A stretch of DNA of 43,588 nt, taken from Eubacteriales bacterium. GTDB lineage: Bacteria; Bacillota; Clostridia; Oscillospirales; JAAYXM01. A program made the translations under genes and the position numbers. Of the stretch, positions 17,703 through 24,696 are shown in pieces (the stretch's first letter is position 1; the number at the start of each line of letters is the position of its first letter). The notes beneath the pieces were generated by a model, which was given only the letters and a program-made list of their open reading frames with translations, had not been told where the DNA came from and ran no database searches. The DNA is taken from the NCBI GenBank assembly GCA_045533555.1, contig JAZSHZ010000315.1, forward strand, positions 1 through 43,588, given 5' to 3'.

Positions 17703-18485
17703 ATGAATACATATTTTGAAACGAAAATCGAATATAACGGAATATACTTTTGCCTGACCAACAAGCCGACCGTTGATGAGCGTGAAATACATCCGTATCA
17801 CGAAATCCTCTTATATATACGCGGTGACGCGGAGCTTCTGATGAAGGAAGGAAGGCGAAAGATTTGCGATAACTCGCTCATTCTCATCCCGAGGGAGAGC
17901 TATCATTTCTTCAGGCTTTCAGAAAAAACGGAATTTCTGCGACTCAAGATAAGCTTTTCCGAGGATGCCGCGGCATTGACGCCGCTTTCCTCGATTATGA
18001 GAGGAATACGGATTATCGAAGTCGGTGACGGAAGCATTGCCCTTGCATTTGAAAGACTCTGTATGAGCCTTCGTGAGGAGAGTGAAAAAACGGGATTTTA
18101 TGCATATGCAGCATTTCTGACGCTCGTTTGCGAGCTCGATATGCGTGATGTGGGTGAAGAATCGTTTTTGTGCAAAAAAAGCAGCAGTATACTTGCGGAT
18201 GTTATGGAATATATCTGCGAAAATCCATCAAAGGATTTGAGTATAAGAGCACTTTCCGAAATATTTCATATTTCCGAATCGGGCATATCGCATCTGTTCA
18301 AAAAGGAATTTGGAATTTCGATACATAAATATATCATACAGAAGCGTCTGCTCTTTGCCCGTACTCTCATGGCGAATGGCGCATCGCCCACGGCAATTTT
18401 CGCCGAGGCAGGCTTCGGGGACTATTCCTCATTCTATAAAGCATATATAAAGTATTTCGGCTCGCTGCCGAGTAAGATGAGTTAG
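17703..18485 (+). CDS. AraC-family transcriptional regulator (cupin + HTH)
   Basis: N-terminal cupin-like HPYHEILLYIRG. C-terminal AraC HTH (LSIRALSEIFHISESGISHLFKKEFG...GFGDYSSFYKAY). Confidence 0.85.
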   Translation: MNTYFETKIEYNGIYFCLTNKPTVDEREIHPYHEILLYIRGDAELLMKEGRRKICDNSLILIPRESYHFFRLSEKTEFLRLKISFSEDAAALTPLSSIMRGIRIIEVGDGSIALAFERLCMSLREESEKTGFYAYAAFLTLVCELDMRDVGEESFLCKKSSSILADVMEYICENPSKDLSIRALSEIFHISESGISHLFKKEFGISIHKYIIQKRLLFARTLMANGASPTAIFAEAGFGDYSSFYKAYIKYFGSLPSKMS

Positions 18486-18560
18486 TTTTTATCCGAGCTG
18501 GACTTTTTTTGAGAAATATAGTATAATAAATGCATTATTTATATATCAGGAGTTACTTTA

Positions 18561-19784
18561 ATGAACGAAACAAAGAAGAATATATCACTGCGGTGGTTTT
18601 ATCTCGCCGTCGGCGTTATCGCAATGCTCTTTGCGGGCGTGCTTTATGCGTGGTCGATTCTCAAAGCGCCGCTTGCGGAGGAATTGAAGTGGGATGGGCC
18701 TCAGCTTGCGCTCAATTTCACAATTGCCATGGGATTTTTCGGCATAGGCGGTCTCGTCGGCGCGCGAATTTCAAAGCGCGCGGGTCACAGAGCAGCTCTG
18801 CTTATTTCAGGTGCGCTCTCTGCAACAGGCTTTATCTTGACGGCATTTCTTTATAATGCGCCCGTTATTCTTCTCTATATAACCTACGGAGTCCTTGCAG
18901 GTCTCGGAATAGGGATTGCATATAATGTCGTCATTGCAACTGTCAGCTCGTGGTTTCCCGATAAGAAGGGACTCTGCTCGGGATTTCTTATGATGGGCTT
19001 CGGTGCTTCCGCGCTTGTACTCGGAAATGCGGCAGACGCGCTTTTCAAAAGCAGCCTCGGCTGGAGAAATACATATATGATTCTCGGCGCGGCTATCTGC
19101 GCGGTTATAGCGCTTTCGGCGCTTCTCCTCAAAAAACCTGATAATGACACTGTTTTCCCCGAAGTCAAAAAGACAAAGTCAACAGAGACGGAGAGCTTCG
19201 AAAAACGCGATTTCACATCTGCCGAAATGCTTTCGCGTCCGTCGTTCTGGATGGCGTTTGCGTTTATATCCTTTCTCGCCGCAGTAGGAAGCTCAGCGAT
19301 CAGCTTTGCAAAGGATCTCGCGCTTTCAACAGGTGCACCCGATTCGCTTGCCGTCACGCTTGTCGGCGTGCTTTCGGTCTGCAACGGAATCGGTCGTATA
19401 CTTACAGGTGCGCTCTTTGATTCCATCGGACGCCGCAAGACGATGCTTTTTGCGAACGGCATAACGATTCTCTCCGCCGCGGTCACGCTCATTGCCGTCA
19501 GCTTCGGCTCACTTCCGCTCTGCATTGCGGGGCTTTGCCTTATCGGTATGTCCTATGGTGCGTGCCCGACGATTACAGCGGCATTTACCTCTTCGTTCTA
19601 TGGAATGAAATATTTTCCGACGAATATGGCGTTTATGACCTTCACCGTTCTCGGCGGTTCGCTTGTTGCGACCGTGTCGAACACGGTGCTCAAAATGACG
19701 GGCGGATATGTCGCGCCGTTCGGAATGCTTCTCGGGCTGACTCTCATCGCCCTTATTCTCAATCTGTTCATCAAAAAACCGTAA
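18561..19784 (+). CDS. MFS transporter, oxalate/formate antiporter (OFA)-like
   Basis: About 12 hydrophobic segments. N-terminal RWFYLAVGVIAMLFAGVLYAWS, typical of the OFA subfamily. Confidence 0.8.
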   Translation: MNETKKNISLRWFYLAVGVIAMLFAGVLYAWSILKAPLAEELKWDGPQLALNFTIAMGFFGIGGLVGARISKRAGHRAALLISGALSATGFILTAFLYNAPVILLYITYGVLAGLGIGIAYNVVIATVSSWFPDKKGLCSGFLMMGFGASALVLGNAADALFKSSLGWRNTYMILGAAICAVIALSALLLKKPDNDTVFPEVKKTKSTETESFEKRDFTSAEMLSRPSFWMAFAFISFLAAVGSSAISFAKDLALSTGAPDSLAVTLVGVLSVCNGIGRILTGALFDSIGRRKTMLFANGITILSAAVTLIAVSFGSLPLCIAGLCLIGMSYGACPTITAAFTSSFYGMKYFPTNMAFMTFTVLGGSLVATVSNTVLKMTGGYVAPFGMLLGLTLIALILNLFIKKP

Positions 19785-19796
19785 TGACAAACACAA

Positions 19797-19829
19797 AAAA
19801 GACTGTTGCGACCGCAACAGTCTTTTTTG
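19797..19829. terminator. Bidirectional terminator between the MFS and TIR genes
   Basis: GACTGTTGCG-ac-CGCAACAGTC flanked by A6 and T6. Confidence 0.8.
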
Positions 19830-19851
19830 TGATTATGCAGAAAAATCAATG

Positions 19852-21666
19852 CTATTTCAGCTTGATGTTGCCGTTTTTGTCCTTTGTATATGACACCTTC
19901 AACGGAATTGTAGTTATTTCGTTGTCGCCATAGGAGGTAAACGAATGAAGAATAAAATCATCGCCAACGAAGGTGTGCGTATAGAAAAAGTCATAAGGAG
20001 CCCAAAAATCATCACATTGATATAAAACCTGACCGTTGAGGTCGGTGATTGTTATCAGGTCTACTGTTTCTTCTCCGGAAACCAGGGTATCCCAGATACA
20101 CAAATCAAGCTTTTGGGAATAATGCATTGTGTGTGGTATCCAACCGAACAACGGATTTGAGAGGAAAAACTCAGGCCCGAGCAATTCTTCGGATTCCTGC
20201 GTGGCAAGATCGATCGATCTCAGGGTTCCGTCGTTATATAAAAGCAAACGGTTTTCTTTGTCAAAAGCAACGCAATATTTTCCGATGAGCTTCTTGCTGA
20301 ACATATTTTCTCCTGTTTGCAGATCCCATACGGTAATTTCAGTGCAGTCGGCTGCGTTTTCGTTGCGCTTATATGCTTTCTCCCTGATAATATATTTGCC
20401 GTTCGAGCTGATTGTTTGAATGTCTTTATTTATATAAGGCATATAGCTTTCATAGATCTCTTCGCAGTCGTCTTCGGTCATAGCCCCCGTCAGCAGATCG
20501 AAGATTGCGGGAGCTCCGTCAAGCGTCCATGCAAGTATGGGAGCACCCGATGCTTTGATTGCAGGGTCAAATCCGCAGACTATGTCGGTTATATTCAACT
20601 CCGAAAAATTTGTTTCCGCAATTTCGCCGTCAGCTGTCAGTCGGATAATCCTGCTGTAACAACCGCCGTTCTTTTCATAGTCAAATACCATAAAGAATAT
20701 GTCATTTTCATCGATGATATTTATCTTGAGATTTTTAATACCGATGAAATACATAGGGATCGATTCCGTCTGCCCGAGTGAAAGGTCGATCCAATTTTCG
20801 CTTTTCCATTTCTGCTCTGCGATATCATAAATTTTCACCCTGCCATTGCTCAGAAAGTATACTATCTCGGAATCTTCGGTGCTGCATGCCCAGACAGAAT
20901 CAAAATCTGTTTCACCGAGGGCTATTTCTTCATTTGGGTGAATGAGCTTTCCGGTGCTCGTATCAATGCTTGAGAGGTTTTGGGTTTTTGTGTTTTTCAT
21001 GAAAAACATATTTCTTTTTGCGGAAAAGCCATTCAGATCACGGAAGGGATACATAAGGTTTTCTGCGTTGGAGAGATTGACGAACGGGATTTTTTGACAT
21101 GTGCTGTCATTATCCGTCACGAGGCTTCCGTATAGCCCGAAAAACAAGGCAACCGTCAGCGCCACTGCCGCAATTATGATCCCGGCCTTTTTTTTGAACA
21201 AACCGGGTCTCTTGCCGCTATGGCTTTCCGATTCTTCCGTTTCGGCAGAGACTTCGTTTTTTGAATATCCGCAGGCATCGGAAACGCTTTTTAAAAGCTT
21301 TTGGGTTTCGAGTGAAGATTCATCAAGCTGCTTTATTGCGATAATCTGATCCGAACTGACATAAAGTTCGAACTCGTCATTAAGAACCATATCCTCCAGT
21401 TTAACGGGAATAATCATTTTTTTATAGTTGATTGCCCGTTCGATTTCTTTCGGCACCCATGGAGAATTCTGGGCAGCGTCGGAAAGAAGCAGAATAACGC
21501 AGTCACATTTTTTAATTGCCGAGTTGATTACTTCAGCATATTTTTTTCCGACAGGAATATCGTTAGGAGCCATCCAGGAGGCTATTTTGTTTTTCTCAAG
21601 CAACCGCTTCGTGGAATCTGCCATTGATTGGTTTGCGGTGCTGTAGCTGATAAAAGCATATCCCAT
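19852..21666 (-). CDS. TIR-domain protein with a single TM helix and a large C-terminal WD40-like/propeller-like domain
   Basis: GGGAG RBS. Residues 2-115 are TIR_2-like (YAFISYS, CVILLLS, SPWVPKEIERA, IIPVKLE). KRPGLFKKK is followed by 23 hydrophobic residues (161-183). The C-terminal 420 aa carry recurring h-[YWF]-D-h-x-x-G/Q motifs (KIYDIAEQ, AIFDLLTG, TVWDLQTGE, CIWDTLVSGE). Confidence 0.8.
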   Translation of the reverse strand: MGYAFISYSTANQSMADSTKRLLEKNKIASWMAPNDIPVGKKYAEVINSAIKKCDCVILLLSDAAQNSPWVPKEIERAINYKKMIIPVKLEDMVLNDEFELYVSSDQIIAIKQLDESSLETQKLLKSVSDACGYSKNEVSAETEESESHSGKRPGLFKKKAGIIIAAVALTVALFFGLYGSLVTDNDSTCQKIPFVNLSNAENLMYPFRDLNGFSAKRNMFFMKNTKTQNLSSIDTSTGKLIHPNEEIALGETDFDSVWACSTEDSEIVYFLSNGRVKIYDIAEQKWKSENWIDLSLGQTESIPMYFIGIKNLKINIIDENDIFFMVFDYEKNGGCYSRIIRLTADGEIAETNFSELNITDIVCGFDPAIKASGAPILAWTLDGAPAIFDLLTGAMTEDDCEEIYESYMPYINKDIQTISSNGKYIIREKAYKRNENAADCTEITVWDLQTGENMFSKKLIGKYCVAFDKENRLLLYNDGTLRSIDLATQESEELLGPEFFLSNPLFGWIPHTMHYSQKLDLCIWDTLVSGEETVDLITITDLNGQVLYQCDDFWAPYDFFYTHTFVGDDFILHSFTSYGDNEITTIPLKVSYTKDKNGNIKLK

Positions 21667-21695
21667 AACTTCATCTCCCTACAATTCTTTTCTTC

Positions 21696-21704
21696 ATTAT
21701 AGCA
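21696..21704 (-). promoter_or_regulatory. Extended -10 promoter (TGcTATAAT) of the TIR gene
   Basis: The reverse complement of 21696-21704 reads TGCTATAAT, about 30 nt upstream of ATG 21666 and directly after the upstream gene's terminator. Confidence 0.5.
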
Positions 21705-21710
21705 TAGAAA

Positions 21711-21744
21711 AGAAAAAAATAACAGAGACAAATTTGCCTCTGTT
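21711..21744 (-). terminator. Terminator of the small ORF, separating it from the TIR gene
   Basis: Minus strand AACAGAG-gcaaatttgt-CTCTGTT followed by ATTTTTTTCTTTTC. Confidence 0.6.
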
Positions 21745-21772
21745 AATGAAGTATGCTGTTGCCTGATGCAGA

Positions 21773-22033
21773 TTATCTGCCGTTTATGAGCCAGTATGCA
21801 ACCTGATTCAAAACATCCTGGTCGGATATAGCGTTGTTATTGTTGTAGAGTTCATTCATCCACTGACTTGCATTGGCATATCCCGTCTGCGACAGTGATT
21901 GTCCTTGCGATGCAAAATAATTTTGCAAAGCCTGCATAAGATTGGCTTTTCTTGGGCTCATAACAAGCGTGCCGCCCTGGCCTCCGAAATTGACTTTGTA
22001 TTCATCCCCGATAAACTGAAAATTCATTTTCAT
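21773..22033 (-). CDS. Small hypothetical protein (86 aa), no recognisable family
   Basis: The track gives 22090. ATG 22033 (MKMNFQ...) is preceded by GAGAGGGG. Gln/Asn-rich, with no TM segment and no signal peptide. Confidence 0.5.
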   Translation of the reverse strand: MKMNFQFIGDEYKVNFGGQGGTLVMSPRKANLMQALQNYFASQGQSLSQTGYANASQWMNELYNNNNAISDQDVLNQVAYWLINGR

Positions 22034-22155
22034 GATGTTGACCCCTCTCTGTATTGATATCCTGATGTGCAAACTTGGATTATGTAGCAATTATGACACC
22101 TATTTGCGAAAAAGTCAATATATTTCCGGAGTTTTTGTATAAAAAATACAAAATG

Positions 22156-23061
22156 TCAGGTTGTGCCTGATTGTTCGTCCCGTGCATGGCACTTTGGAAG
22201 TCTCTTTTTCTTCCCTTCCCATTGCGAGAGAAGGATCGCGATGAAGATTATCGCAAATCCGATGACCATGCGGAGCGTTATCTGCTCGCGGTATATGATG
22301 ACGGAAAAGATAACTCCGAAAATCGATTCGAGACTTAAGAGCATTCCGCCGATCGCAGGCTCTGCATATTTGAGACCGAAGCTCTGGAGAAAGAGGCAGA
22401 GCGCCGTCGCAATGAAGCCGAGATATGCGATTCCGCCAATCGCCTCAAGGGGAAATTGCGTTGGGAAACCGCCTCCGAGGAAGACGAAAACCCATGCAAG
22501 AATCGCAACGACCCAGAGCTCAATCGTCGTCAGGAGAAGAACGTTTCTGTTCCGGCAGACGATCGCGGAGATGACTATGTTGATTGCGGAGGGAATTCCG
22601 CTCACGACTGTCAGGATATCTCCCGTGGTCATACCCCATCCGCCCGAGAGTGAAAGAATGCCGACACCCGCAAGGCAGAGGAAAACACACGCGATATGAT
22701 GAGGTTTGGGTCTGTCCTTCGTTATCATCCAATATATAAAAGGAACAAGGACGCTATATGTCGTGCAGAGAAATGCGCTTTTCCCGGGCGAGGTATCAAG
22801 CGTCAGTCCGCCGACCTGAAGCATATATGCCGCGAAGAGGGAAATTCCCATCAGCAGTCCGTCTGCGAAATATTTCTTATCGAGCTGCTTTCTCTGCGGA
22901 TATGACGCGATGAGAAGAACAACTGCGGCAATCAGGAATCGCGATGCGACGATAAACGAAGCGGTAAATGATTCCGAAGCGATTTTTCCGATGGTGAAGG
23001 TGCTTCCCCAAAGCGCCGCGGTCATAAATAACGCGATTTTTGCAACCAATGATTTTTTCAT
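22156..23061 (-). CDS. DMT-superfamily (EamA-like) transporter
   Basis: About ten hydrophobic helices in a two-EamA-repeat layout. AAGGAG RBS. Confidence 0.8.
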   Translation of the reverse strand: MKKSLVAKIALFMTAALWGSTFTIGKIASESFTASFIVASRFLIAAVVLLIASYPQRKQLDKKYFADGLLMGISLFAAYMLQVGGLTLDTSPGKSAFLCTTYSVLVPFIYWMITKDRPKPHHIACVFLCLAGVGILSLSGGWGMTTGDILTVVSGIPSAINIVISAIVCRNRNVLLLTTIELWVVAILAWVFVFLGGGFPTQFPLEAIGGIAYLGFIATALCLFLQSFGLKYAEPAIGGMLLSLESIFGVIFSVIIYREQITLRMVIGFAIIFIAILLSQWEGKKKRLPKCHARDEQSGTT

Positions 23062-23099
23062 TTAAAGAAAACTCCTTGATAAGTAAACGGAGCTTTCCG

Positions 23100-23948
23100 T
23101 CATCGCGGAAGCTCGATATCTCCGTTTTCACGAATCCAGTTGCGGAGCCAGATATCATTCTTCATACCCGGCGCCATAACCGCGTTGGTAACGAAAATCA
23201 TGCCCTCGATCGTGCCGTCAAGGAGCCATTTCTTTCCGCGCTCGCACTGGAATTTCATCTGCTCTGTCGTGAGCGGGAAGCTTCGGAAATAGTCGAAAAG
23301 ATAAGCGCCGAGATATATCTTCTTTCCGGGGAAGGTCTTTTTTGCCTCCTCGATAACCGAATCGAGCTTTTCAAGGTCGAGTGCATTCCAGGTATAGATT
23401 GCAACTCCGTCTATATCTTCATAAATGTCGCCGTCATCCTTCAATGCCTCGTGGGGATACCAGGTGACGAGAAGGTCCATATGGCGTGAGCAGGTGTCGA
23501 GCTTTTTGCGGATTCCGGAGACGAATTCCTTCGCCATTTTCGCGCGCTCATTTTCCGGATATGTCCAGAATTGACCGAGCGGGTCGTCCATATAGCAGCC
23601 GCAGAGATTCGGGTATTCTTCGTGCTTTGAGATAACATAGTCTTCTTCTCTGCCGTCGCGATATCCCGCGCTTCCCGTTGAGGACCACATAACGCGGTCG
23701 AGCGGGAGGAAGGAATAGAGATATTTATCCGCATACTGGGAGAAAGGAGATGGGATTCCGTCACAGCAGACCATGATCACGTTTGGAATATCGAGGAAGA
23801 GCGCAGCTTCCGCAGGCGTCATCGAGGAACCTGTGGAAGGGAAGTTGTTCGGATCGTCCTCCTTGCGATGGCGCACCCATCCGCCGACGTGTGTGTCGTT
23901 TTCGTGGGCAGGAACGCCGAAAAGCCAAAGTGCATCTCTCAGTTTCAT
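23100..23948 (-). CDS. Hypothetical cytoplasmic protein (282 aa)
   Basis: The track gives 24065. ATG 23948 has AAAGGAG upstream. No family recognised; possibly a TIM-barrel hydrolase-like protein, but that is a guess. Confidence 0.6.
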   Translation of the reverse strand: MKLRDALWLFGVPAHENDTHVGGWVRHRKEDDPNNFPSTGSSMTPAEAALFLDIPNVIMVCCDGIPSPFSQYADKYLYSFLPLDRVMWSSTGSAGYRDGREEDYVISKHEEYPNLCGCYMDDPLGQFWTYPENERAKMAKEFVSGIRKKLDTCSRHMDLLVTWYPHEALKDDGDIYEDIDGVAIYTWNALDLEKLDSVIEEAKKTFPGKKIYLGAYLFDYFRSFPLTTEQMKFQCERGKKWLLDGTIEGMIFVTNAVMAPGMKNDIWLRNWIRENGDIELPR

Positions 23949-24070
23949 ATGCTTTATCTCCTTTTGATTTATTATTAAATGATTATTTAACAGTATAGCA
24001 TATTCTCCCAAAAAAGAAAAGGAATTGTTTTCTGATAATGTTCTTTCGATTTGAATTTCTGCCAACAGTC

Positions 24071-24105
24071 AATAGAAAAGCGGGCCTGAAAAAATTCAAG
24101 CCCGC
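24071..24105 (-). terminator. Terminator following the displaced spoIVB 3' remnant
   Basis: Minus strand GCGGGC-ttgaattttttcag-GCCCGC followed by TTTTCTATT. Confidence 0.6.
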
Positions 24106-24110
24106 AAATT

Positions 24111-24232
24111 TCACTCCGCCGATTTGAGCATATTTTCTATAAAAATTGCATATCCTTTTGTCGGGTCGTTGACTAAAACGTGTGTTACAGCTCCGACGAG
24201 TTTTCCGTTCTGAATTATAGGAGAACCGCTCA
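24111..24232 (-). pseudogene. Orphan 3'-terminal fragment of spoIVB (encodes SGSPIIQNGKLVGAVTHVLVNDPTKGYAIFIENMLKSAE*)
   Basis: Co-linear with 26240-26361 at a constant offset of 2129. By hand alignment 108 of 122 nt are identical, including a 62-nt perfect run (24127-24188). There is no upstream spoIVB body. Confidence 0.85.
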
Positions 24233-24279
24233 CGAGTGTTGTCAATAGGGGACAACATTTTTTCAATTTTTGAAATCTT

Positions 24280-24342
24280 GAAGGAAATAAGCCCAAAATT
24301 GAAGGTAATAATGAGGGAAATGAAGGAAATCCTGACGGAAAT
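24280..24342 (+). repeat. Five direct 9-mers GANGGNAAT
   Basis: GAAGGAAAT 24280, GAAGGTAAT 24301, GAGGGAAAT 24313, GAAGGAAAT 24322, GACGGAAAT 24334. They lie just inside the left repeat of the cassette. Confidence 0.5.
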
Positions 24343-24446
24343 CTTATTTCTTTTTCAAATTTGTGTATTCTGTGCATTATCGGACTCCTGCATTTGTATG
24401 ATTGGAGTGCCACACTTTTGTAATAAAAGTTATACAATTTTTGTTA

Positions 24447-24473
24447 CAAAAAAGACAGGACTTTCATCCTGCC
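24447..24473 (-). terminator. Terminator of the two-gene cassette
   Basis: Minus strand GGCAGGA-tgaaag-TCCTGTC followed by TTTTTTG. Confidence 0.7.
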
Positions 24474-24489
24474 TTAATTGGTTTTGTGC

Positions 24490-24675
24490 TTAGTATGACT
24501 GTACTAACTCTAAAAATTCAACTGGCGTTGTAACAACGTCAATCGTACCTCCATTCTCATCAAAGAATTCAACCTCAAAGTATTTTCCATCGTACTCCAA
24601 AACGATAGTTCCGGTCGTACCAGCCGACAAATCGCTAAATTCACTCTTCAATCTTACAACATCTAATTCTTTCAT
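24490..24675 (-). CDS. Small 61-aa protein, DUF4926-like
   Basis: The pattern ELDVVRL...GTTGTIVLEYDGKYFEVEFFDENGGTIDVVT resembles DUF4926 from memory. It lies 21 nt downstream of the 396-aa gene and has a weak SD. Confidence 0.65.
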   Translation of the reverse strand: MKELDVVRLKSEFSDLSAGTTGTIVLEYDGKYFEVEFFDENGGTIDVVTTPVEFLELVQSY

Positions 24676-24696
24676 AGTATCAATCTTTCTTGTGGT

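Noticed and set aside
24111-24437. 108-aa ORF fusing unrelated sequence to the spoIVB C-terminal fragment, and the opposite-strand 85-aa ORF at 24236-24493
   Set aside because: The upstream part has no RBS or promoter and lies in repeat-rich non-coding DNA at the cassette junction. It is best read as a chance extension of a gene remnant.
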